From Calcarisporiella thermophila CBS 279.70 (lineage: Eukaryota > Fungi > Calcarisporiellomycota), in the NCBI RefSeq assembly GCF_041956535.1, contig NW_027192197.1, forward strand, positions 693,829 to 757,828: a DNA stretch of 64,000 bases, written 5' to 3'. The position numbers were made by a program, and so were the translations under genes. Below the pieces are notes generated by a model, which saw only the letters and a program-made list of their open reading frames with translations, was not told the DNA's origin and did no database searches. Position 1 is the stretch's first letter. Each line of letters starts with the position of its first letter. Of this stretch, positions 52,601-64,000 are shown piece by piece.

Positions 52601-53143
52601 CATTAGATTATATTTACCTTGGCCTTGGGCAAAACCTATCATCTTGAGAGCCTCTATCTGCTCTTCTAATAATCGTCTCTTCTTCCGCTCTTCTATTTCA
52701 ACACGATCCTTCTCATCAGCCGCGTGAATTATGTCGACGTGTAGCTGATTGTTCTCCTGCGTCAAATATAGAATCTCTTTTCTCAAAGGCTCAAGCTATA
52801 ACCAGGAAACAGTTAAACGTACATCAATCAATCAAACCAATGGTGAAATCAAACTAATTAATGAAATAAAAAACAAGCGAAGGAAAAAAAAAGCAGGGAA
52901 GTGAGTTCACACCTGACTCTCTGCATGCCATCGTGCGCGATCGGACGCCTTCTTCTCCTCCCGTAGTGTGTCTCGCAGCTCTGCAGCGAGCTCAAGCTCG
53001 TCGAGGAGACGCGAAACTAGGGGAACGCTCTCTATTGTAAGGAGCGAATCCCAGCCACATTGGAGGGCGCTGAGGCGATGGAGGGTATGGTTGTAATCTT
53101 GCTCGCGGTCCTGGTTGGTTTCTTGGGATGGTTTAGGCGCCAT
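49672..53143 (-). CDS. CEP135: CEP135/Bld10-like centriolar coiled-coil protein (about 7 exons, roughly 1000 aa)
   Basis: LTIESVPLVSRLLDEL, LEPLRKEILYLTQENNQLHVDII, KKVEHRENEITRL, VEQLETLVEYLQ..VMDLEE and ERSRSDRLERVVADLR..AF occur in the same order as the conserved CEP135 blocks; exons splice in frame. Confidence 0.78.
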
Positions 53144-54299
53144 ATTAAAAATTAGGAGGATATAGGAAGCAGGTGCCCTATCGATTCCCAAGGCACGCGC
53201 TGAATTGAAACTCGCGGGTCTGAAATCTGAAATCGAAAGCTGTTACAAAACTCGCCACACTGGAATGTTTATTGGAGCTTGGTCGCCCTGGACAAATAAA
53301 AAACAAATACTCCTTCGCACTGAGCAATCGGGCCGCTCTGACCCAGTGTCTCACAATCCGCCCTCGACTCCTCGGTGCTTATTTCCACAAAGAGCCGGCT
53401 TCCGTGGGAGGGCATTAACCTCACATGGTGTTGCAGACGCTACCTTATCTCTCTCATGTATCGTCTCTGTTTTGTTCTTTTAATAGGTTCGCGCTTGAAG
53501 ACGCTTCAGACCTCTTGCTCTCGGGAGTGCCGCCGGCTGCCCCTCCCGGGATTGGTTGAACTCAATGCGAGCTCTCCTCATCGCACAGCGAATATTCGGT
53601 GGAACCTCATTTTACGCTTATTACTTAAATTTATTAGGTGCTTAGCTTTGCAATCTTAACCGCTTCGCAGGTTACCGGGTGATAACGGGCGATTAGGTCC
53701 CAAGGCAGGCCGCCATGCATTGTGCGGAAGGCGAGACTGGAAGGGAGATGGCCCGGCTGGATGGGTACGAAAAGAAGCCGCAGAGCAGCTGAAAAAAAAA
53801 AAATAAAGCAAATAAGCGGCATGCGTTAGGTGGCAAATGGCCCGTGGGAGATACGCCTCACATTAACAACGTGCCAGCCTGGCAGCAAGGGGGGAGGAAG
53901 GTGAACCGCCAAATGCAATATAGGGTATTTTTAGACATTAACATTTTGGATTATTAATTAGGTAACGCTGTTCCATCTCATAATTTATGACGGCCTCGGA
54001 CCCTGTTTGAGGCTCTATATGGACATTCAGCATAATGTTAACACTTAACCACGCCCCAATGATACATCCCCAAACATTGCCGTGCTCTGATTGGTTCGCA
54101 GTGATGGTCTTTTCTCGAAAAATACGATTTTGGGCTGAAATGAAGGATAAATGTGCCAATCCCATTGCTTTCGCCAAGGTGCGGTGCCGAGCCGACTTCT
54201 GCCCATATATATTATGCTGGACCCGAAATTCCCGAATTTTCGTTTGAGATAAAATAAAACTTAGAGAATTGGCCTTCTCCCCATTGACAACATTAAGAA

Positions 54300-55257
54300 A
54301 TGGAGACAACAACAACCACACAAGCTAGCACATTGCAGTTCTCATTCCCACTGACTGTAGACCCATTGCCCCCCATGCCGTTCCAGAAAGAGGCAAGGCA
54401 CCGGCGACGTAGCGCCCCCGTGCGCTCCTCATTAGTCACCCATTCCATGGCAACCCCACCCTTTTTCTCCCCCAACACCCATGAGCCATTCAGCTTCTCC
54501 ACATTAACAGGAGAAGAGCCATCCCTACTACCACTTCCTAGCAAGGCCTTGTCTGGTATGCCATTCCGCTCTAGCTTCTTCGACCCCCTATCACGGTATT
54601 AATTAGGTCATCATGCTCTCTGATTTTTTAGGCCCAAGACCCATTGCTCCGGCCCCAAGCCCCTCTTTGACCTCCGCTTCGATGCTGACCCCAACCCCGC
54701 TATACCCTTCAGTACCACCCCCACCTCCTATGTCGGCGAAGCGCGCAGCAGCGCTTACCCGACGTGCCGCACAAAATCGGGCTGCACAGCGGGCCTTTCG
54801 CCAGCGCAAAATCCAATACATCAAGGATCTCGAGGATAAGGCCACCGAGCTGGAGAAACTACGCGAGTCGTACGAATTGCTCAAGCGGGAGAACGAGCAG
54901 CTCCACGCCGCCATCCAAAAATACGAGCAACAGCAATACTATTCGAACCGAAGCGAGAGACATAGCCTCTCGCCTGCCTCCGAAACAGAGCGCTCCCAAA
55001 GCTCCTCGTCCCCCTCATCAATAGGCCTCCTGCTTGGACTGGATAATCCGCAGGTGCTGAAGGATTTGGGATGGGGGAACGATGGGGCCTTGATCTCGAG
55101 CGAGCCGCTACAAAAGCACGCGCTGCACCAGCCCTCCATACTGCAGCAGCTGAATTTGCCCGACCCCGAGTCGGCCAATTCTGACAGCTCAGTGCAGGCG
55201 GAGCTGCGGTTTGGAGACTTGAGCATGGAGGATGAAAAAAAGCTCTGGAGAATATAA
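54300..55257 (+). CDS. AP-1/Yap-type bZIP transcription factor (one intron, about 54556-54631)
   Basis: RRAAQNRAAQRAFRQRKIQYIKDLE basic region plus leucine zipper. Confidence 0.88.
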
Positions 55258-55739
55258 ACCAGATTCTCGCGATGATTCCCCTTGCAATAACTTTTCTTTT
55301 GGGAGCATGAGGCTTCTCCCGTTGTGTAAATACTTTTCATTCTTTTGCATTTTTTTTTTACATCTACATTCAAAATTAAGCCTCCGTCTATTTTCTCGTG
55401 ATGAGAAGATACAAAAAAGTATACAGTCTGTTAATATGTTAATGCCGGTTGTCTCTTTTGAGCACTTCTTTTTGGTTTGTTGTACTAAGGCCAGAAAGCC
55501 AAAGATTGCGTTTAGCATATAAAGTTCGTGTGATTTTCATCCCCGATGATTGGCCAATGAGGCAAGAGATAGGAATCATGATGCAAAGCGCGGGCTGGGC
55601 CCCTCATTTCTTCTTGGAGATTTCGGCCAAGGATTGACGGGCAATCTGTGGAACGCATTTTGGGAATCCTATGTCTCCTCCCTCTCCTCCGCTCTTGCCG
55701 TGCTTTTTAGAGAGAAGCTGCTATTGAATGAGAAGGAGC

Positions 55740-57154
55740 ATGGCGGTCAATCTTCCTTTGAAACCCAACGTTATTGTTGCGCTTTTCGTGTTCTACACGC
55801 TGATAATATACTTCTGCTTCCGAATGGACACGGCGCCCAAATGCGCCTGCGACAGCGAGCGAATCATTCTGGAGTTGGAGCAGCGACTTCGTGAACAGCA
55901 CCGCGACCTACCCGCTCCCACTTCTCCCCCAGCTCCACAGGATTATTGCACAGACACGGATCGCAATGCGGATCCCAATCACTCGAAGAATCATCTCGAG
56001 TTCTGGCGTCATTTGTCATCCCCTCTGGTCGAGGAACAACGTGAGCAATGGCAGAGATTTGCCCAGAGCGTCTCCCCGTATCCCGAAGAGAGGTTTGGCG
56101 GCAGCGGTGTCGTGTTCACGGCAGGCAACAAGGACACGCTCGAGTTGACGTTGGTGAGTGTGCACATGCTCAGAAAACTGGGTTGCCATCTGCCAGTGGA
56201 GATATGGCACTTGACTGACGAGAAGCCGCCCGCCGACATCTCGCTTCCCGCCAATGTGCAGTTGCGCGACCTAGGGAGCCCAGAGAATGTCCATCCTGCG
56301 GTGCGTCGTCACGACGCTGATAAGAACTTCCAGATCAAAGCCGCCGCCATCATCAACAGCCGATTCGAGGATGTCCTCTATCTCGACTCCGACAACCTTC
56401 CGGTCCGAGATCCAACCCCCTTGTTTGCGAGCGAGGGCTACAAGAAGACGGGGGCGGTGTTCTGGCCGGATTATTGGAAGACCCACAAAGAAAATGCGAT
56501 CTGGCGGGTGTTGGGGGTGAGGTGCTTAGACGAGTGGGAGCAAGAGTCTGGCCAGATCGTGGTGAACAAGCGGAGAGGGTGGAAACCACTGCAGCTGGCC
56601 TGGTATTTCCAGAATGAATACGAGTTCTATTTCCAGGTAGGCATTGGATTCCTGGTGAAGTCTGAGTTTAGCAAGCATGGAAATGTCCATCGATTTCTTT
56701 AACCCATGCCTATAAAAAAAATGCTTAGCTATTGAATGGGGACAAGGACACCTTCCGATTTGCATGGAAGGCACTCGAACAACCCTACCACATGATGCCT
56801 CATTTTGTTGCGGCCGCCGGAGTCAAGGTTGGCGATCGCTGGTGCGGTCACTCTATGCTGCAGCACGGCGATGACGGGAAGCCCCTTTTTATCCATGCAA
56901 ACCTTATGAAGATCACCGACCGTCGTGTGCTCGGCGATCACCCATGGCAAGGGGTCAAGCGGTATCTAACGTCGAGGAGAAATACTCGGCTGCGGCCTGA
57001 GTTCTGGATCTCTTACGATGGTCGCGCCTGCATGGATTTCATGGGAGGCGAGGGGGAGCCTGAAACCACCGTCGATGATTTTGAGCAAGTCCTTCCTGGG
57101 TTCCGAGATTTGTATTTTCAGGTTGGAGGAAAAGGAGGCGAAGAGCGTGGATAA
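55740..57154 (+). CDS. GT71 (Mnn2-like) alpha-mannosyltransferase, type II membrane protein
   Basis: N-terminal transmembrane segment; LR.LGC.LPVEIW, FQIKAAAI..S.FEDVLYLDSDN, GAVFWPDYW, EQESGQ and GDKDTFRFAW; an alternative ATG is at 55728. Confidence 0.9.
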
Positions 57155-57856
57155 ACCACTGTAGGGCCGGCACCGCTCTCCCCATCCCACCTCCTTCCTG
57201 GTCCTCTTCTATAGAACTATTTCATATATATATATATACGCAAAGTTGCATAAACCCTGAGCTACCTATTTTTTCCTTTATCTTGTAAAATTGCTAGCGA
57301 TTTGCTTTTGTTTCGTTTTCTCCAGCTTTCCTGTTCCTTTATCGAGACATTTTAATAAGAGCCCGAATGGCTTCTGGAATGGCACCCTAATCCTGTATGG
57401 TACAAGATTCGAGGCATGAAATTTCAATAGAAACATTCATCTGTATATTTTATTTCCAATCAAAATGTATCCAGTACGGCTAGGGACATCATTTTCTCCG
57501 CCTTTCATCCTTCCCTTTCATTTCATTTCATCCCATTTTGTGTCTTTGACTTGCTAGCAAAAATCAAGGTAATTCTTATCAAATATCAGTCGGGTATTCA
57601 ATGGTGCGTGTGCGTTTCGACCCCGGATTTGAAAGGACCAACCCAGGATTCCGCGAGTAGGTCCTCAATATATGAGCTGATCGTGTTTATCCGTTATCAT
57701 CCCCTAGCAGAATGGACTATGACTCTTGTACAAAAAAAAAGGACATGCATAGCTCTTTTATTTATCTTCATATTGCAGTACATTTTTTCAATTTTTTCCG
57801 TATTGAATGCATATTCAGCATTGATCTCTCCCCCGATAGAGCGTGAACGACATGGT

Positions 57857-59093
57857 TTATTGAGGTTGCCACAGCGAATGGGCGACGCCTAATCAGAAAG
57901 AAGAAGTAAAAGGAAAGTTCAATGCGGCTCAATATCAGTACACAGCCGAAGTTAACTTACCAGGTGCCCAGGTCGGATTGGATGTATGGCCCTGGAGACA
58001 TAGGTAAGTGCGGCCATGATACACGACACGATCACCAGGAGCATAGCTAGATGCGCCGGGAGATTAGGAAAGCTATGGATAATGTAAAGGGCACAAAGAC
58101 TCACGTTCCAACGGGATCCCATTCGCGACCAGAAGCGCCATGGCCCGCCGGTTGCGCTTGATATTGACCGCCACCCTCCGTCACAAAGGCAGGTTCCTCC
58201 TTTTCAACAACAAAAGCAGGCCCTCCTCCCCCTTGTTGCTGCTGGAACTGCGCTTTGTTCTGCTCCCACTGTCGTCTCTCTTCTTCCAGTTTCCGCTTCT
58301 CCTCCTCGAACCTTTGACGTTCCTGCTCAACCAGCTGCTGCTGTTCCTGTTGCTGTTGGGCCGCCTGCTCCTCCTGGCGCTTGATCTCCTCCTCCTTCTT
58401 ATTATGGTCGGTGATCAGTTTTCCTGCGAGTAGACCTCCTCCAATGGCAAGCGCCGCACCCAACCCGCCAATGCCAGCTTGGGCAGCATGCCGCTGGTTC
58501 TCCCAATTTTTCATGCGCTTTTGATGCTCCGGATTGATGACCGAGTAACCTCGTCCGGGCTCTCCGCCCACTTGCTGGGCTTGTCCCCCGGGGATCAAGA
58601 CGAGATTGACCTCTCCGGTCGTTTCGCCCTTGACGCCGAATATTTCGAACCATGCATTCAATGCTCCGCCTTGGACCTGGTTCAAGGGAATGGCGGCAAA
58701 ACCAATCAGCTCGTCCATCCCGACTTTTTCGTCATATAGCTCGACGAAGAGTTCCTGGCTACCGAAGGGCTGGAAGTTGAAGGCTTGCCCGAACTATAGC
58801 CCACGGATATCCATTGATATCTTATCAGACTCCAATATTTTAGGGGGAACAGCAAATCGAGTAGAAATAGTACCTGAGGATTTTGGCCGCCGTTTTTGGC
58901 GGTAAATGTGTGAGCGACCTCTTTGCCCTGCAAGTCGAAGCCGAGAATAACATAGGGATCCATCTGAGAGGGGCGCGGAAATGAGTCAATGTAGGAAGAA
59001 TGATGGGAAGGCCCTTCTCACCTTTCCAATCATACTCTGGTTCTTCAGGTTGCGCGCAGCATTCACTCGCACTTCAAGGAGTCCGGAGGCCAT
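57857..59093 (-). CDS. C2-domain protein with Q/E-rich coil and C-terminal CBM5/12 (ChtBD3-like) module
   Basis: MASGLLEVRVNAARNLK...MDPYV...KNGGQNP...DELIGFAAIPL; C-terminal WDPVGTYAPGDRVVYHGRTYLCLQGHTSNPTWAPGVAHSLWQ. Confidence 0.85.
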
Positions 59094-59528
59094 GGTGGGT
59101 GATTAATTCAGAGAGGAAGAATTATGAAGGAAGAAAAAAGAGCAAAGTTCTCGTGAGAAAGAAGAGAGACTAAAAAAGAAAAATTGCGACTTGCAGGAGC
59201 TTTATTAAATCCCCCCTCGGCGCCTGCGATTTTATCTCCCGCATCGCGCGCTGCTTTTTTCAAATGCAAGTAGATGGGAAAATAGGACAAGCCGAAGTAG
59301 CACTCCATTTGCCACCGCTCTCAGGCACCCATCGCATTATGAATCCCGGTGGAACTCTGCCTGCTGCTTTGAAATTGACTGGCTGCTCGATCGGACTCCG
59401 TGACTACGTAATGCGAGCGCCAATGTCTTCTTTTCAATGACGACTTGGCACACCAGAGCCAGCCTATATTTAGCCTCCTCGTGCATACTCGAGTTGGGGC
59501 CCTGACGCGTCTTTCTTCGCACTCACCC

Positions 59529-59541
59529 TTCTAGAAGTTTC
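59529..59541. promoter_or_regulatory. Candidate heat shock element upstream of the C2-CBM gene
   Basis: Perfect TTCtaGAAgtTTC. Confidence 0.35.
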
Positions 59542-59916
59542 CTGCGTTGCTGGCTTGGCAGCCACAGAGACCATCCAGCTCTCCATCTCTAGAGAAGGAT
59601 GCCCAGTTAGGAGAAATGGACACGGTGTAGCAAACGCTTGGTCTCGTTGGAGCAGTTGTCTTCCATATGATTTCAGATACATAGGCTTATGTTCAATCTT
59701 GTGGTTTGGGGCAGTTCTTTTATTTATTATTTCGCTGAGGCCCGCTCAGCTATATTTGTTTTACAATTTCACGTCGTCAAGTATAACTGAGATTGTTTGT
59801 ACTTTATCTGAGTACATTCTAATGTTCTCTGAAATAAATGAGGCTACTTAGAACACTGACTTCATTTCAAAAAATAAGGTAATAGCTATGAACTTAGGGT
59901 GTGAGGAGAAATGCCG

Positions 59917-60367
59917 CTACGCCCATTCAAGTTTTCCGCGAAAACGGGTAACACACGTGGGGCTTACAGCCGGCGAAATCTTCGCATCGAATGTGAACAC
60001 CGTTCCTCCATCCACATTTAAGCCTAGAATGTACTTTTGCCCAAATGCATTTTTTCTCGAGATGGTGCGCCACGGGTAAGGGGGTCCATCGTCGTCAGGA
60101 CGGAGACGCACGAACAATTTTTTGGCGCATTCAGGGAACCTGTTCAACCAAATTAACGTTAGCCTGCCGGAAAGATAATTACTTGGAGGCATTTGGCGCT
60201 CACTGATCAAGTTGGAGCAATATATCGTGGTGCTTTGTAGTAATGCGCTTTTTGCCATAATAGGTGATCGTCCCATCTCGGTTCACCAGAGCGCTAATAT
60301 CCTCTTGAAACGATGCCACCTTGCCGATGAGCAGCAAGAGAAAGAACACGGTGTTGCGCATATACAT
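59917..60367 (-). CDS. Small secreted protein (128 aa, 2 Cys; intron 60140-60203)
   Basis: Signal-peptide-like MYMRNTVFFLLLLIGKVAS; GTGAGC...GCTAAC...CAG intron joins two frames into a 387-nt CDS ending RFRGKLEWA*. Confidence 0.7.
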
Positions 60368-62030
60368 GCTCAAATAGTCTGAAAGAGAGCCGCAGAGCGG
60401 GTGTGCGGATAACCTGCACGTCGTATATCAGTGCGACAACTCTCTTTGTAGAGTGGGGGTGTGCTTATATCATGATTTTCTATTTAGTGAGAAGCATGTT
60501 GCAAAAAATTGAAAATAAACTCGGGAATTGGATAAGCAACAATTTGCCATCCCATCTTTTCAAATCCTTTTCCAGTTGTGTATGATTTGATTCCCCTGAA
60601 AATAAGAACTCTTATCGAAATGCTCCGCTTCCTCCATCAACTGTGAGAAGCGGTTGCCTATTTGAATCACCAAATTCCAGGGATGAGCTGAAGAGTATAA
60701 ACGACATCATGGGCTCTTGAATATCATTTCGATAATTTTTTGGCTCTGTAGCTGAAATAGCCTATCCTACGATTGGAGTTGCATTGAAATGCTAGAGCCG
60801 ATCGCACCAAATCTAGGATGATTTAGTTGGTTAAGCCTCTGGTCAGATGAATTTCAACCCTGTTCTGAATGTCGTCGCGTCACCCATCTTAGATTTGATA
60901 TTCATTTCTATTAATATCTCTGTATTCACGATTCGCCAAAGGTATGTATTACGGACATCGCTTTTGCACAAGCCTTCGAAATCACCCCACTTTTTAATAC
61001 AATTTCAATTTGGTCACCTTCGGAAAGTGCGGGAGGGAGAGAGTGGGTGCTAAGCGCCATCCATCCTGGAGGAAATGGCAGCTTGAAATCTATCTATATT
61101 GTTTCTATTTCGGCCAGGAAGATTTCAGAATAGATCGGGTTCGGCTTCAATTCGGATCGGCATTAGTGGGCAAGGCATCCTCTTTTGCTGAACCCCACAA
61201 GTATCTCCAAGCTATTCCCACTTGGAAGCAGATAAGTCCGTTTTTCGTCCCATGCGGTTAGGGCGAGGCACTACAGGTTTTCCCCCAGGCTAATTTTGGC
61301 TTTAAGGCGACAAAAGAGTTTGAATTCAAAACTATCACGTTGTCTTATCTCAATGTCATATAGAAACGAAGGTAAGCAGTTCATATGCTTCAGTTCTAAA
61401 ATTATAAACACTCCTACTAAGCATTGGCCTACAAGACAGCATCCGATTTGGTCGATTGAATATCGGGAGTTTTTAGAGTGCGCCCTTAATTGTGACTCAC
61501 AACACCCATTTCCTGAGAGTCCCGTTGAGAGACACTATACCAAGGGAATCAGGGCAGGGCGATGGGGGTTGGCCGAGCTAGCATGTAGAAAGGCGAGGGA
61601 AATGGTCGGTGACGTGCATACGATATCGGTAGGAGCGTAGATAGGGGATAGAGCGCTTATGGTAACCTCCGATGATGCAAAGGGGCTGGTTTGAATTCAA
61701 AATTCGACAGTCAGTTACCGTTGAGGTTAGCATCTTCCCTTGGTGGCTTTGCAACCCAGAGTAATTCGGAGTTGAAACTGCCAGAAGTCTTAAAAATAGG
61801 TCATTCTCTTCGAAAGGAACAAACAAAATAAGACAGGCCAGCACATCGCTAGCTGCGATTTTTTTTTATTCTACTATTATATTTTAGCCTTCTGGTTGTC
61901 CATCCCAACTGCATCTCTCCACTTCTTGCACCTCCCTTTTTGCTCTATTTACTCTTTTCCCCTCATAATAACATCCATCATCAAAATAATCAACTGGAGT
62001 TTGCCATCAGTGTCTTAGTGTCCATACATT

Positions 62031-64000
62031 ATGAGATCTATAGGCTTAGTTAGTCTGGCCCTTATAGCTCTGCTTTGCGGGTCATCATCGGCCGCTTCTT
62101 CAACTCCTCATAAACTTGACCATAAAAATCGACATTACTACTCTGTTGAGATCACAGAAGACACACATCCCACTATCATTGCACGCAGACTTGGGGCAGT
62201 ATGGGAGGGTCCAATCGGAGAACTGACCCGACATCATTTATTCAGCATACCTAAACGAGACTCGGAGAGACATTTGTTGGCTAGACGTGATGCGACAGAA
62301 GGCATCTTGTCGATGAGCAAGCAAGTGCCTCGTCTCCGCCACAAACGTGGGCCTATTCCAAATCTAGACGTCAATGACAAGGAATGTGTACAGCTGGAGA
62401 AGCGAGCACCTGAGCAGGTCTTGACTAGCTCCAAAATAGCCAAACAGCTTAAGATTTTGGACCCCGGATTCTTCCAGCAATGGCATCTGGTTTGTACCAC
62501 ATCCCCACCGGATTCTCATCCCATCGGATAATTTATTCTTTCTGTGCTTTTTCTTTTTCTTAGTACAATGAACATGAACCCGGAAATGATATTAATGTTA
62601 CTGGGGTTTGGAGACAGGGTAAGTAGTGTTTGCCGCTGCTAAATTCCATTGAGGTTATTTATTGATTGAGTACCCTTTAGGAAACTACGGTGAAAACGTT
62701 GTGGTTGCCATCGTGGATGATGGACTGGACATGGAGAGCGATGATTTGAAGGAAAACTTTGTAAGCCACCTTCACTCCTATTTATACTTGATTCGACAAA
62801 ATCTGATTTACATTTCTTTCGCTTTTTCTAAGTTTGCGCCTGGCTCATATGATTTTAACGACCATACTGACCTCCCTAAACCCCGTCTTCCTGACGACTA
62901 CCATGGTACTCGCTGCGCTGGTGAAATCGCCGCCCAGAAAAATATTGTGTGCGGAATTGGGATTGCTCCCAGTGCAAAGGTTGCTGGTAATTAATGGCAA
63001 TTTCAGATGGATTCACCCTTTCGCCAAGATCTTCATGAAAACATATGCTTTGACTTAAACGAATAGGCATCCGTATTTTGTCAGCAAAAATTACGGACGC
63101 TGACGAAGCGGCCGCCCTCAACTACGGCTATCAATACAACCACATTTACTCGTGCAGTTGGGGCCCACCGGACAACGGTAAGGCAGTGGAAGCCCCCGAA
63201 GGGGTGGTCCATCAAGCACTTGTAAATGGAGTAGAGAAGGGACGCGGCGGCAAAGGTTCGATCTTCGTGTTCGCATCCGGCAACGGTGGAATCTATGACG
63301 ACAACTGCAATTTCGATGGATATACCAATAGTCGATACACTATCACCATCGGTGCCATCGATCACATGAATAACTACCCGGCCTATTCGGAGAAATGCTC
63401 TGCGATGTTGGCGGTCACTTACAGCAGTGGAAGCGGCAACTACATTGTACCTATCCCATCGGTTTATGAGTTTTATTTCAAGATTCGGCAAACTAACTTG
63501 GCCCTGTTTTATCAATAGTTCACCACGGATGTTGGGAAAAACACATGTGCCCAGCGCCACGGCGGTACATCGGCTGCGGCTCCTTTGGCAGCTGGTATTT
63601 TTGCCCTTGTCCTCTCGGTTCGCCCCGATCTTACCTGGCGTGACATGCAGCATCTCGTGGTGCAGACGGCAGAGCCGATCTCCCTTGACGAGGAGGACTG
63701 GGAGAAGACGGCATCTGGCCGTATGTTTAACCACAAGTTTGGGTATGGCCGGCTCGACACCTATCGCATCGTTGAAGCAGCCAAGACGTTCAAGAGCGTT
63801 GGCCCTGCTACCGTCATTAAGCTGCCCGTGATCAAGGTGGACATGACCATTCCCCAGAATGATGTTGGGATGACCTCGTCAGCCATTGTTTTGCTGGATA
63901 ATGTGAAGTCGGCGAAACTTGGACGACTGGAACACGTCACCGTCACCATCAATATGGAGCACGAGTATCGTGGCGATGTGGAGATCTTCCTCGTCAGCCC
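62031..64000 (+). CDS. KEX2: Kexin (S8B proprotein convertase), truncated by the window end
   Basis: Signal peptide, propeptide KR sites, VAIVDDGLD, HGTRCAGEIAA, YSCSWGP, FASGNGG, HGGTSAAAP and start of the P domain. Confidence 0.96.

Noticed and set aside
54300-55257. HapX or Yap1 assignment for the bZIP
   Set aside because: No Hap4-like motif and no cysteine-rich domains
60400-62000. Short ORFs in the interval upstream of KEX2
   Set aside because: No coherent exon chain or recognisable protein features
6855-64000. Apparent enrichment of secretory-pathway genes (UFE1, golgin, SRP101, SEC72, VRG4, GT71, KEX2)
   Set aside because: They are interspersed with unrelated genes and the category is large, so chance cannot be excluded without a statistical test
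1-64000. tRNA, rRNA, snRNA genes, CRISPR arrays and transposases
   Set aside because: None recognised by eye; no tandem spacer arrays, terminal repeats or RT/DDE motifs seen

Overview
Gene-dense eukaryotic DNA with short (mostly 50-120 nt) GT-AG introns and about 29 protein-coding genes. The gene set (Sec72, Vrg4, GT71 mannosyltransferase, kexin, plus CTNNBL1, FRA10AC1, GH9, a GM130-like golgin and CEP135) points to an early-diverging fungus; the exact lineage cannot be fixed from this window. Most genes are housekeeping: secretory pathway, RNA decay and splicing, proteasome, NAD synthesis, urate catabolism and meiotic MSH4. Highlights: (1) an intact CEP135/Bld10-like centriole gene; (2) a prokaryote-type TenA-like gene in a visibly GC-richer block at about 24.3-30.2 kb; (3) an intronic box C/D snoRNA in SCD6 predicted to guide 18S Am420; (4) a membrane-anchored GH9 with DAGN in place of DAGD; (5) a C2 + CBM5/12 fusion without a signal peptide; (6) a spliced small secreted protein gene missed by the ORF track; (7) two apparent +1 frameshifts (HSF and SCD6) in similar sequence context. 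All family calls are by motif recognition from memory; no database searches were run.
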